64,000 nt of DNA, from positions 32,637 through 96,636 of the forward strand of contig CAYTPI010000005.1 in the NCBI GenBank assembly GCA_964439625.1. Reading direction: 5' to 3'. The position numbers and the translations under genes were made by a program. The notes under the pieces were generated by a model. It saw only the letters and a list, made by a program, of their open reading frames with translations. It made no database searches and was not told the DNA's origin. Position 1 is the first letter of the stretch. Each line of letters starts with the position of its first letter. The DNA is from an uncultured Anaerolineae bacterium (GTDB taxonomy: Bacteria > Chloroflexota > Anaerolineae > Aggregatilineales > UBA3940). Shown one piece after another: positions 46,140 through 55,484 of the stretch.

Positions 46140-47003
46140 CTAGGCAAATAATGTCAGAACGATGCTTAGGCCGTACAGTAAAACTAACGGTGCAGCAACA
46201 ATCGACATGTTGAATGGATCAGGGGTGGGGGTGATGACAGCTGCTAAAACAGTGATTAAAACGAAAGCAATTCGCCAATTTTTGAGCAACATCTTGGTGC
46301 TAACTACACCGACTTTGGCTAGTCCGAATAGAATTAGAGGCATTTCGAAACTCAGGCCAACAAATAGCAAGATAGTCGTAATGAACGATACATAATCGTC
46401 AAGTGTTGGTTGCGCATTGATGTCCAAGAAGCCCACAAGGAATGGTACAGCGACCGGCAGCATTACAAAGTAGGCAAAGCTAACCCCGCTGATGAACAGT
46501 AGCGTTGCGAACGGGAACAGTAGATAGAATGTGCGTCGCTCACTTTGCTTTAGGCCCGCCGCAATGAATATCCATAACTGTGCGATTACAAATGGCGAGG
46601 CCAAAATGATGCCGCTGACCAGTGCTACCCGGAAGAATACACCGACACTTTCTGTCACCCGGATGACTAACAGTCTATCAAGCCCACCGATTGGCTCAGC
46701 AAGTACGAATAGTATCTGCTCTGAAATAGCAGCCGCCAAGACTGTACCAACACCAATTGCCACCAACGACCTAATTACCCGCTGCCGCAGTTCAATCAGA
46801 TGCGGCATAATTGACGAAGGGTCTTCAAAAAGCGCTCCTAATCCTTCCTCTGCTTCAGCGGTTTCCTCCGCTTCTATAATCAACCGACGATTTTGAATCA
46901 AGGCAATAAAAGATGCCGCAAAACTGACAACTAAGGCTGCAACCACTACGCTTAATTCAGTTGAGAAAGGCAGGATGGGTAACCAGTCGAGAAAATCAGG
47001 CAT
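46140..47003 (-). CDS. tatC: Twin-arginine translocase subunit TatC (with an extra N-terminal TM extension)
   Basis: 287 aa with the HLIELRQRVIRSL motif and six-TM TatC topology after a roughly 60-aa N-terminal extension. Confidence 0.88.
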   Translation of the reverse strand: MPDFLDWLPILPFSTELSVVVAALVVSFAASFIALIQNRRLIIEAEETAEAEEGLGALFEDPSSIMPHLIELRQRVIRSLVAIGVGTVLAAAISEQILFVLAEPIGGLDRLLVIRVTESVGVFFRVALVSGIILASPFVIAQLWIFIAAGLKQSERRTFYLLFPFATLLFISGVSFAYFVMLPVAVPFLVGFLDINAQPTLDDYVSFITTILLFVGLSFEMPLILFGLAKVGVVSTKMLLKNWRIAFVLITVLAAVITPTPDPFNMSIVAAPLVLLYGLSIVLTLFA

Positions 47004-47520
47004 TTATATCCTCATCTTCTACGTTTCGTGGTGAAGTATGTTCAGGGTCGTTGAGGTCATCTGTCTGTGCAGCAGGTTCATCTGGTACATTCTCTGATGC
47101 GTCGCTCTCAAAGAAAACGGTGCCAGCGGATGCATTGGCAATGCCCCAAGGGTCGGTTATTGAGTCCATCTTATCGATAGCCTCAGTCTCAGATGCGCTG
47201 TGGTTGGTTTTACTAGGCTTGCGATCTAAGCGTGAACTACGTTTTATATCCCGGCTCACATCATCAATATCATCAATAACGTTGCGAATCTCAGATTGCG
47301 CTTCTTCGATCTCTGCCAGCCGCACGAGGGTGCGGGGTAGGTCGCGGATCGCCTCTGTGATGTCGTTGAATTCGTGCCACCACTGGGAACGGATAACAGT
47401 TCTAATAAATTTTCCGGTCTGCAAAGCTACTTCGCGAGAGCGAGTCGGGCCAATTACGACGAATCCGATTAGCAGTAAAATAACCAGCTCTGGCAAACCA
47501 ACACCACATATGGTTTCCAT
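46996..47520 (-). CDS. TatA/TatB-family translocase subunit with a long acidic C-terminal tail
   Basis: N-terminus GLPELVILLLIGFVVIGPTRSREVALQTGKFIR is the Tat A/B TM plus amphipathic-helix signature. Overlaps the tatC start by 8 nt. Confidence 0.8.
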   Translation of the reverse strand: METICGVGLPELVILLLIGFVVIGPTRSREVALQTGKFIRTVIRSQWWHEFNDITEAIRDLPRTLVRLAEIEEAQSEIRNVIDDIDDVSRDIKRSSRLDRKPSKTNHSASETEAIDKMDSITDPWGIANASAGTVFFESDASENVPDEPAAQTDDLNDPEHTSPRNVEDEDINA

Positions 47521-47530
47521 TAGTGACTAA

Positions 47531-48004
47531 TTACTCACCCAAAGATTCATTTACAGTACCCAGAACGCCATTGATGAACCTTGGTGTTGTATCTCCGCCA
47601 AACTGTTTAGCAAGCTCTACATATTCATTGATGATGCCGCTGGTCGTCGTTTGCTTGCCGATAGTCAATTCGTAGATAGCAAGCCGTAATAAGTTGCGTT
47701 CAACGATTGCCAGTTGATCCACGGGCCATTCTGGCGCATGGATGCGTATGATGCCGTCCAATGTATTGCTGCGTTCTAGCACGCCATCCACCAGCTCAGT
47801 CAAGAAGTGCGCCGTCCCGACTGAAATCGTGTTGTCATCAATACGCATCTGAATGACCTCTTCCGGGGCGTGGTTGGTGCAGTCAATTTCATAGAGGGCT
47901 TGCAACGCGAGGTTACGAGCTTTGCGATGACCGGTTTTACCGTCGCTGCTGAGGTGTGCTGACCGGGCGATCTCTTGACTATTAGGTGTGTCGGTCTGCA
48001 TCAT
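47531..48004 (-). CDS. nusB: Transcription antitermination factor NusB
   Basis: 157 aa with RKARNLALQALYEID and LAIVERNLLRLAIYEL motifs. Confidence 0.9.
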   Translation of the reverse strand: MMQTDTPNSQEIARSAHLSSDGKTGHRKARNLALQALYEIDCTNHAPEEVIQMRIDDNTISVGTAHFLTELVDGVLERSNTLDGIIRIHAPEWPVDQLAIVERNLLRLAIYELTIGKQTTTSGIINEYVELAKQFGGDTTPRFINGVLGTVNESLGE

Positions 48005-48360
48005 TCCGTTCCACTTGAAGCCGTAAGTGGTGCGACGTTTTCGACGTGTACGTTAATCGTTACGTGGTCAACACCTACAACATCGAAAAGGGCTCGTGCT
48101 ACCGCTTCCTGAATCTGCTTGGCTGTGTCAATCATTTTATAGTTTGGTTTTACCGTAATATATAAATCCAGCACAATGCTTTTATCACTATGTTGCACCA
48201 TCACAATACCATTGCTGATGATGTTACTTTCAAACAGCTTTTGTGCATCAACAGGGACGTCTGCCATACTTGCCACACCTTCAACCTGAAGCGCGCTAAA
48301 TGCGGCAGAGGCAATCAAAACGCCTGGTGAAATAATGACCTGATCATGTTCTTTCATCAA
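48001..48360 (-). CDS. Asp23/Gls24-family protein (YqhY-like, upstream of nusB)
   Basis: 119 aa with ISPGVLIASAAFSALQVEGVASM and VTINVHVENV motifs. 4-nt overlap with nusB, as in the Firmicute yqhY-nusB pair. Confidence 0.8.
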   Translation of the reverse strand: MMKEHDQVIISPGVLIASAAFSALQVEGVASMADVPVDAQKLFESNIISNGIVMVQHSDKSIVLDLYITVKPNYKMIDTAKQIQEAVARALFDVVGVDHVTINVHVENVAPLTASSGTE

Positions 48361-48400
48361 TAACCCTCAATCCATTTTTCCAATAAAAATTAATATACGG

Positions 48401-49150
48401 TTACGCCATTACCATACCGCCATCAACCGTGAAAACTTGCCCGGTGATGTATGAACCGCGAGCAGAGGCTAGGAAAGCAACCATATAGGCAATCTCTTCT
48501 GGCTGGCCCCAGCGACCCAACGGAATAGCTTGCAAAGCACCCTCTTTGACGGCCTCATCAAGAGTCTCGGTCATGTCTGTTTCAATAAAACCAGGCGCAA
48601 TCGCATTGACGGTAATCCCGCGGGGTGCTACTTCGCGTGCTAGTGAGCGCGTCAAGCCAATTAAGCCTGCTTTGCTTGCAGCATAGTTCGCTTGCCCAGC
48701 ATTGCCAGCAATCCCTGAAACGCTGCTTATATTGATAATACGTCCTGTGCGCTGTCGCATCATATTTTTGATGACCGCTTTTGACATATTGAATGCGCCT
48801 TTTAGGTTCGTCGTTAGGACTGCGTCCCAATCATCTTCGGACATGCGCATAAACAATCCATCGCGCGTAATGCCAGCGTTGTTGACCAAAATAGTGACTT
48901 TTCCTAGGCCGTCGGTTGCTTGTTTGACCAACGCCTGTGCTTGTTCAAAGTCGCTGATATTTGCTTGGTATGCAGCAGCCCTGCCACCGGCAGTTTCAAT
49001 TGCGGAGACAGTCTCCTGGGCTGCGTCTGCCCTGCTATTGTAATTGACTGCCACCGCAGCACCTTGTGCCGCCAGTTCTACGGCAATTGCACGCCCTATG
49101 CCGCGAGAGCCACCAGTTACAACGGCGATTTGTCCATCTAACTCTGCCAC
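48401..49150 (-). CDS. fabG: 3-oxoacyl-ACP reductase
   Basis: 249 aa. SDR motifs TGGSRGIG, NNAG and YAASKAG. Confidence 0.9.
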   Translation of the reverse strand: MAELDGQIAVVTGGSRGIGRAIAVELAAQGAAVAVNYNSRADAAQETVSAIETAGGRAAAYQANISDFEQAQALVKQATDGLGKVTILVNNAGITRDGLFMRMSEDDWDAVLTTNLKGAFNMSKAVIKNMMRQRTGRIINISSVSGIAGNAGQANYAASKAGLIGLTRSLAREVAPRGITVNAIAPGFIETDMTETLDEAVKEGALQAIPLGRWGQPEEIAYMVAFLASARGSYITGQVFTVDGGMVMA

Positions 49151-49213
49151 TTGACCTTGATCCTTTGCTTATATTTTAGGGGTCGTTATCCACTGCGCAG
49201 TAAAGCTGATAAC

Positions 49214-50176
49214 TTATGATTGTAATAAATCGACGATTTTGTCGATGCCAAGCGGGTCTTCAACAGAAAAGCTGGAGACGCTCCGATCAATGCGCTTATT
49301 CAACTTAGATAGCACGCTGCCTGTGCCTAATTCGATGAACGTTGTTGCACCATTTGTAATCATGTATTGAATGGAGCTCGTCCAATGAACGCGTGAGATG
49401 AGTTGATTACGCAGTTCGTCTTGAATGGCGGCAACATCCTCGAGCGCTTGTGCTGTCGTGTTGCCAACAACGGTAATCCTAGGCGTTTGTATGGGTGTTG
49501 CTTCCAGCGTTTGGTTGAACGCTTCCGCGGCAGGCTGCATCAACGGTGAATGGGTTGCCACACTCACATTTAGTAGGATGGCGCGCTTGGCACCGTAGTC
49601 GCCTGCATGTTCTGCAGCATAGTCAACCGCAGTATTCCCACCAGATAGAACGACCTGACCTGGGCAATTATCATTTGCAACCACCAACACGTCCTCAGTT
49701 GCCTCGCTTGCGACCTTCGCCAGTTCTTCAGCGTCTTCTACTGATGGGCCTAGTAAGGCCAACATACCGCCAGGGCTATCAGCGCCTGCATCGCGCATCA
49801 GTTCGCCCCGTCTGCGAACCAAGCGTAAGCCATCTTCATAGGTTAGAACAGAAGCTGCCGTCAGTGCAGTGAATTCTCCGAGGCTGTGCCCAGCAGCAAA
49901 TTTTGGTAGGACGTTGCTCCCATCGATTGCTTGCATCAACGTGCGTAAGGCAGCAACCCCAACGGCATACAAGGCTGGCTGGGCATTGGCTGTGTCACCG
50001 AGAGTTTCTTCAGGCCCCTCAAAGCATATCTGGGATAAACCAATGCCAAGAATGTCATCCGCTTCTTCAAAGGTTTGTTTTGCAATCGGGTATGCATCGG
50101 CAAGTGCTTTGCCCATTCCAACGTTTTGCGAGCCTTGCCCAGGGAATAGAAATGTCGTCTGGTTCAGTTGGAGCAT
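49214..50176 (-). CDS. fabD: Malonyl-CoA:ACP transacylase
   Basis: 320 aa with FLFPGQGSQ and the active-site GHSLGEFTAL. Confidence 0.92.
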   Translation of the reverse strand: MLQLNQTTFLFPGQGSQNVGMGKALADAYPIAKQTFEEADDILGIGLSQICFEGPEETLGDTANAQPALYAVGVAALRTLMQAIDGSNVLPKFAAGHSLGEFTALTAASVLTYEDGLRLVRRRGELMRDAGADSPGGMLALLGPSVEDAEELAKVASEATEDVLVVANDNCPGQVVLSGGNTAVDYAAEHAGDYGAKRAILLNVSVATHSPLMQPAAEAFNQTLEATPIQTPRITVVGNTTAQALEDVAAIQDELRNQLISRVHWTSSIQYMITNGATTFIELGTGSVLSKLNKRIDRSVSSFSVEDPLGIDKIVDLLQS

Positions 50177-50204
50177 TACTTGTCCTTGTCTGGTTGTGTC
50201 TTTC

Positions 50205-50243
50205 AGAAAGAAAAGCCGCTATCCCTCAGCGGGGATGCGGCTT
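50205..50243 (-). terminator. Intrinsic terminator after rpmF
   Basis: Minus strand AAGCCGCATCCCC-GCTGA-GGGATAGCGGCTT followed by TTCTTTCT. Confidence 0.6.
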
Positions 50244-50297
50244 GTTCAAACTATTGTGCAAAAAAGGTGAAGTGCAAACAAGTTCGCTGATGAAGCG

Positions 50298-50483
50298 CTA
50301 TATGATATCAACTTCGACGATCTCGCGGCCCTTATATGTACCACAGTGCTTGCACATGCGGTGAGGAAGCTTGTACTCGCCACAGGTGTCGCATTCGACA
50401 ACTTTAACCGGACTGAGCCGATAGTGATTGCGACGGCGACCGCGCTTCCCACGTGCAACTTTTCTCTTTGGCAGTGCGCCCAT
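50298..50483 (-). CDS. rpmF: 50S ribosomal protein L32
   Basis: MGALPKRKVARGKRGRRR plus zinc ribbon CDTCGEYKLPHRMCKHCG. ATG 50483 is preferred over the longer ORF-track start. Confidence 0.9.
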   Translation of the reverse strand: MGALPKRKVARGKRGRRRNHYRLSPVKVVECDTCGEYKLPHRMCKHCGTYKGREIVEVDII

Positions 50484-50551
50484 CACGTGTCTCCTTAGTG
50501 AGCCTGAGATGCCCACATTTCAAATGAAATATTGCTAAATTGCAACATAAG

Positions 50552-50579
50552 AGTATAACGTCTCTTGCTGGCCTGTCAA
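50552..50579 (-). promoter_or_regulatory. Candidate sigma-70-type promoter for rpmF
   Basis: On the minus strand, TTGACA (50579-50574), a 16-nt spacer, then TATACT (50557-50552). Confidence 0.45.
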
Positions 50580-50602
50580 TGTATGTTGCGGTAATCCTCG
50601 CG

Positions 50603-51160
50603 TCATTTCTTCGATGACACCCGCTCGATCTCTGCAGGTTCTTCTAGCGTTGATGGTGTATCAATGACTATCGGCTTACCGATGCTGTCCTCAGTACCTT
50701 CTTCAGGTCGGCGAGCGAGTTCAACCTCAACGTGCGAAATGCCATTGCGTACCACGCCTAGAGTCCGCATAAGCGCATCTTCCAAGTCAGATAACACATC
50801 CATCACATATTCATCAGCGTCTTGACGGACAGCTTCCGCTTCTGTGCGGCTTTGTTCAACGATGCTGGTTGCACGTGCCTGAGCAGCCTGAGTAATCGAG
50901 TCGCGTTGAATCAGTGTTTCACTCTTTTCACGCGCTAATTCGCGAATGCGTGCGGCCTCCTCGTTTGCCTGCGCGAGAACTCGTTCCCGCTCACGCATGA
51001 CGCGTCGCGCCTTTTCAATCTCTTCAGGGATTGAAATACGCATCTGGTCGATTAATTCCAAAGCGCGATTTTCATCGATTACGATTTGGTCGGTTAGGGG
51101 AATATGCTTGCCAGCATTAATAATTTCCTCCAACCGGTCAAGTAGATGTTGAATATCCAC
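50603..51160 (-). CDS. Coiled-coil protein of unknown function
   Basis: 185 aa. Charged heptad-like sequence (EEIEKARRVMRERERVLAQANEEAARIRELAREKSE). It occupies the coaD-rpmF slot where DUF177/YceD usually sits, but shows no YceD motifs. GTG start. Confidence 0.5.
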   Translation of the reverse strand: MDIQHLLDRLEEIINAGKHIPLTDQIVIDENRALELIDQMRISIPEEIEKARRVMRERERVLAQANEEAARIRELAREKSETLIQRDSITQAAQARATSIVEQSRTEAEAVRQDADEYVMDVLSDLEDALMRTLGVVRNGISHVEVELARRPEEGTEDSIGKPIVIDTPSTLEEPAEIERVSSKK

Positions 51161-51348
51161 GATAGACTTCCTCCCACGGATGTATGAAGTAGTCGGCGCT
51201 TATGGTCAACCCAATGCCCTTAGTACGTGCAACCACAATGCGTTTGTACGCCGATTGTGCCTTGCTCCCGCAACAATAGCGAGAGCCGCCTGAATGTATA
51301 GTTTGAATTATTGCATCATTATAAACGCGTCAATGGGAAAGTGATAGT

Positions 51349-51843
51349 TTACTGGTACCGCTTTCTTAGCGCGTCGCCGACATGCGCCGGAACAAAACTT
51401 GTGACATCGCCGCCGAGACTGGCAATTTCACGAACGGTGCTGCTGGCGATGTGCATGTGTTGCTCGCTCGCCATCAATGTAACGATCTCGATCTCAGGCG
51501 CCAGCCGATGGTTGGCAAGTGCCATTCGGAATTCCCATTCGAAGTCACTAAAAACGCGCAGCCCTCGGACAATGACACTTGCGCCAACCTCGCGCGCAAA
51601 GTCAACCGTTAAACCAGCATAGGGTTGAACGCTGACATTATCAAGACCACTGACAGCCTGCTCAACCAATGCAATTCGGTCTTCAAGGCTAAATACTACG
51701 GTCTTCTGTGGCTTATCGTAAACACCCATAATCAATTCATCGAACAGACGTGCGGCGCGTTCGGCAAGGTCCACATGTCCATTATGTATTGGGTTAAATG
51801 ATGCTGGGAATAGTGCCTTGTAGCGCGATGGTGATGCTGGCAT
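51349..51843 (-). CDS. coaD: Phosphopantetheine adenylyltransferase
   Basis: 164 aa with FPASFNPIHNGHVD (the T/HxGH nucleotidyltransferase motif) and ISSTVREI. Confidence 0.9.
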   Translation of the reverse strand: MPASPSRYKALFPASFNPIHNGHVDLAERAARLFDELIMGVYDKPQKTVVFSLEDRIALVEQAVSGLDNVSVQPYAGLTVDFAREVGASVIVRGLRVFSDFEWEFRMALANHRLAPEIEIVTLMASEQHMHIASSTVREIASLGGDVTSFVPAHVGDALRKRYQ

Positions 51844-51985
51844 TAAGTATATTCGAACTTTCCGTTGTGGCTCCGTAAGGAGTACATTTTGTAATAGTCA
51901 AGCTAACCCAACCAGCAAACGCAGGCATGAGCATCTTCAGAATTTGAAACCCACTTGTGGTGCGCAGGTTACGGAGGACGGTGTG

Positions 51986-54544
51986 CTAACTGATATCACC
52001 CCAGGCGCGGTTACGTGACTCAACATAAGCTGCTAATTCAGGGTACCGTTGTAGGGTGGGGTCATCCTCAAACAAGTAGTACGCTTCTTGCTTCACCTGT
52101 TCGATGAAGCGGCTGTTCCCAAAAAACGCGAGCGTGTTTGGGTGTAGCTGGTAGCCGCTCTGACGCGTGCCTAAGAGATCACCTGGGCCGCGGATTTCTA
52201 GGTCCTTTTCTGCTAGCACAAACCCGTCGTTGGTCTCTTCCATAATAGCCAAACGCGGATCGCTATCAAGGAAAGACTTATCGCTTACTAACAAGCAATA
52301 TCCCGCATGTTTGCCACGACCTACACGCCCGCGTAGTTGATGTAGTTGTGCTAAACCAAACCGATTGGCATTCTCGACCATCATCACACTGGCATTAGGT
52401 ACGTCAATACCCACTTCTATGACGGTAGTGCTTACGAGAATATCTAATTCGTTGGCATAGAAGGCCTCCATCACGTAGTTCTTGTCGTTAGGGAGCATCC
52501 GTCCGTGTAGCAGTCCTAACCGAAGATCAGGGTAAATTGTGTGTTGTAAGCGTTCGTATTCCCCCACAGCAGACTTGGCGTCTAAGCGTTCACTGTCTTC
52601 TACAAGTGGGCAGATAATGTAAGCTTGCCGACCTTGCTCGATTTGACTACGCACGAAACCATAAGCGCGCTCGCGTTCCTTCTTTTGCAATACGCGCGTC
52701 TTGATCGGCTGGCGACCGGGTGGCAGTTCGTCGATGACCGTTAGGTCGAGGTCTGCATGTAGTGTAAGTGCCAGTGTTCTTGGAATAGGTGTCGCCGTCA
52801 TCACCAGCAGATCTGGACTGTAACCATGCGCTTTCTCTCTGAGCATACCACGCTGGGTTGTACCGAAGCGATGTTGTTCATCGACTACTGCCAACCCTAA
52901 ACGCGCAAACGTGACGCTTTCTTGGATCAGGGCGTGGGTTCCAACGACAACGTCAACATCGCCACTAGCTAGCCCGTCGTAGGCGTAAGCCCGTTCTTCA
53001 GCCGAAACATTCCCTGTTAATAGTGCAATGTTGACCGTGTCACCAAGCGGACCGTTTCCCAAAAGTGTAGTAATTTTGTTGAAGTGTTGTTCTGCTAGAA
53101 TACTGGTAGGTGCCATTAAAGCCGATTGAACGTTGCTTTTTGCTGCTATGGTGATAGCGGTCGCGGCTACAATCGTCTTCCCACTGCCGACATCCCCTTG
53201 TAACAGCCTGTTCATCGGGCGTTCGGTCGCCATATCTAAGCGGATTGCGTCTAATGCGCGCTGTTGGGCTTCGGTTAGCTCAAAAGGTAGGCTCGCTAGA
53301 ATTGCCTCAATAAAACTATCTTCGACCACTAATGATTGTCCGCCTGCGTCCTGCCAGTCGCGTCGCCTGCGCAACATCAGCAGTTGTTGAGCTAATACTT
53401 CGTCAAAGGCTAAACGATAGAGTGCCGCTTCTTTGTCCTCCCACGTATCTGGGAAGTGTGCTTGCTTGACGGCATCGCCGTAATCCATCAGATCAGCGTT
53501 TTCTCGTAGATCTAGTGGTAGCATATCAGGGAGCAGGGCGGCGTAGCGTTCGACCACCCTGTCGAGCAACTTGCGCAGTGTTTTTGCACCTAGGCCTTTC
53601 GTCAATGGATACACGGGCACGACACGTCCCGTATGCAAGGAGTCTTCTTCGAGGAGGTCAAAGTCTGGGTTGTTCATTACCAAGCGTCCATTAAATGCTT
53701 CAACCTTGCCACTGACAACGTACATTTCGCCGTCATTGAGTTGTCGTTCAACCCATGGTTGGTTAAACCAGTTTATACGGAGATAGCCAGTGTCATCCTT
53801 GAGGTAGGCCTCAACGCGTGTGCCACCGCGCAGCAGTTTGTGTGACTTAATGCGTTCTGCTATCCCAATCACGGTGGCGGTATCGGTGTCTTGTAATTGC
53901 CGAATCGTGCATAGCCGACTGTAATCATCATAGCGTCTGGGAAACAGATATAGCAGTTCCCGTATGGTTTCAACACCCAACAGAGCTAATTGTTCGGCAC
54001 GTTTGTCGCCAATGCCCTTCAATGTAGTTACCGGTTGCTCTAATTCGTTCAGTAGACGAGGGTCACCAACGGCTGTGCGACCTGTTATATACTCACGCCG
54101 TTCGCGCACTGAGCGTTCCTCTTGCTGAACATCTACTGTTTTTTCTTCCTCATAGGGTTCATCAAAGCCAAACAGATCAACTTCTTCATCTTCGTCGGGT
54201 TCACCGATTCCTACATCATCCGGAGTTGCTTCTATCCGTTTACGCTGAGGCAGGGGGGCTGACTGTCGTACTTCTGTTGCTTCAATGTGATTGTTGGCGA
54301 GGCTGATGATTTCACCTAAAATGTTTGGGCGCTCATTAATATCCGCCTGCTCATAATCAATTAGTTTATCAGATATCGTATTGATTAAGGCGGTATCTTC
54401 TGCTGTTTCTGCCTTTGATTGTGCCTCGCGTGCCCAGTGAATCGAAAATCGTCCAAAGCCACCGATCACAGCATTATTTTGATAGTCTTTCTTTTGCTCA
54501 AGACTTAAGATTTTGATGAGTGTTTGTATTGAAGACGAATCCAT
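51986..54544 (-). CDS. recG: ATP-dependent DNA helicase RecG with a roughly 165-aa N-terminal extension
   Basis: 852 aa. Wedge domain, Walker A GDVGSGKT, DEQHRFG, QLHQLRGRVGRG. The N-terminal extension includes an acidic tract EPDEDEEVDLFGFDEPYEEE. Confidence 0.93.
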   Translation of the reverse strand: MDSSSIQTLIKILSLEQKKDYQNNAVIGGFGRFSIHWAREAQSKAETAEDTALINTISDKLIDYEQADINERPNILGEIISLANNHIEATEVRQSAPLPQRKRIEATPDDVGIGEPDEDEEVDLFGFDEPYEEEKTVDVQQEERSVRERREYITGRTAVGDPRLLNELEQPVTTLKGIGDKRAEQLALLGVETIRELLYLFPRRYDDYSRLCTIRQLQDTDTATVIGIAERIKSHKLLRGGTRVEAYLKDDTGYLRINWFNQPWVERQLNDGEMYVVSGKVEAFNGRLVMNNPDFDLLEEDSLHTGRVVPVYPLTKGLGAKTLRKLLDRVVERYAALLPDMLPLDLRENADLMDYGDAVKQAHFPDTWEDKEAALYRLAFDEVLAQQLLMLRRRRDWQDAGGQSLVVEDSFIEAILASLPFELTEAQQRALDAIRLDMATERPMNRLLQGDVGSGKTIVAATAITIAAKSNVQSALMAPTSILAEQHFNKITTLLGNGPLGDTVNIALLTGNVSAEERAYAYDGLASGDVDVVVGTHALIQESVTFARLGLAVVDEQHRFGTTQRGMLREKAHGYSPDLLVMTATPIPRTLALTLHADLDLTVIDELPPGRQPIKTRVLQKKERERAYGFVRSQIEQGRQAYIICPLVEDSERLDAKSAVGEYERLQHTIYPDLRLGLLHGRMLPNDKNYVMEAFYANELDILVSTTVIEVGIDVPNASVMMVENANRFGLAQLHQLRGRVGRGKHAGYCLLVSDKSFLDSDPRLAIMEETNDGFVLAEKDLEIRGPGDLLGTRQSGYQLHPNTLAFFGNSRFIEQVKQEAYYLFEDDPTLQRYPELAAYVESRNRAWGDIS

Positions 54545-54626
54545 AGACTCATGTCTAACTAACTGGCGACAAATACTTTTAGAATTTTAACATAAGTCGA
54601 GCATCAATACCCGACCAATTGTTCTA

Positions 54627-55484
54627 TTAATCGCGTTTGGCCTCAATAAGGCCAACGCCAATGGCTGATGACCCCAATTTGGCAGTTAAGAGGGGTTCGT
54701 ACAGCATAACCGGATAATGGGTACGACCAGTTTCAAGTGCCAATCGATCTTGCAGCATTCTGGTCCGGTCTCCTACACGCGTTGAAGATTGTAAAATAGC
54801 TATCTTTTCAACCTGGCTGAATTCTGCCACGAATTCCACCAGTTTATCGATGGCTTGAGAGTGTGTCCGAGCCTTTTCCATCGTGATAAATTCGCCATCC
54901 TCAATTGTGATCAACGGCTTGATTTCTAACATCGCTCCCAAGATGGACTGCGTTTTTTCAAGTAGGCCAATGCGTTCGATGTAGTCAAGCGAATCGACAT
55001 AAAACACACAATACAGTCTTGAAGCTACGAAGCGGGCCTCACGCTCAATTTCTTCGATGCCCAAACCTTCCTTGGCGGATTGCATCAGGCTTTCAACCAT
55101 GTACGCTTGGCAGACGGAGGTCGTCCCAGAGTCAATTAAGGCGATCTCGCAGCGACCAAGATAACTGCCCGCTGCTGCTTTCGCATTCGCAAACGACTGC
55201 GAAAAGTGCTTAGAATTTGTGACAATGCAGATGCGCCGACTTTTGCCCGCCACCCGCTTGATGACCTCTACATAGTCTTGTACGGTAGGGGCAGTGACAG
55301 AAGGGAATTCTGAGTGTTGTTGAACACGCCGAAACATTTCTTCTGCATCTATATTGACACCATCGAGATGCGTAGATTTCCCAAGCTGCACCCGCATCGG
55401 CACAATCTTTATAGGGTTGTCCTCCACGAAATTTTTATCATCAAAACGAGCGCTGCTGTCGGTGATAAACCAGATCTTAGACAT
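54627..55484 (-). CDS. DegV-family fatty-acid-binding protein
   Basis: 285 aa beginning IWFITDSSARF with DegV-like layout. Its start overlaps the upstream stop (TAATG). Confidence 0.8.
   Translation of the reverse strand: MSKIWFITDSSARFDDKNFVEDNPIKIVPMRVQLGKSTHLDGVNIDAEEMFRRVQQHSEFPSVTAPTVQDYVEVIKRVAGKSRRICIVTNSKHFSQSFANAKAAAGSYLGRCEIALIDSGTTSVCQAYMVESLMQSAKEGLGIEEIEREARFVASRLYCVFYVDSLDYIERIGLLEKTQSILGAMLEIKPLITIEDGEFITMEKARTHSQAIDKLVEFVAEFSQVEKIAILQSSTRVGDRTRMLQDRLALETGRTHYPVMLYEPLLTAKLGSSAIGVGLIEAKRD

Noticed and set aside
46961-47530. 189-aa plus-strand ORF as long as the minus-strand gene it mirrors
   Set aside because: The minus-strand frame encodes a clear TatA/B N-terminus (GLPELVILLLIGFVVIGP) and is coupled to tatC. 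The plus-strand product is Ser-rich low-complexity, typical of an antisense shadow ORF.
49869-50364. 133-aa and 153-aa plus-strand ORFs
   Set aside because: They are antisense to fabD and rpmF, both strongly supported. They are shadow ORFs in a GC-biased third-position context.
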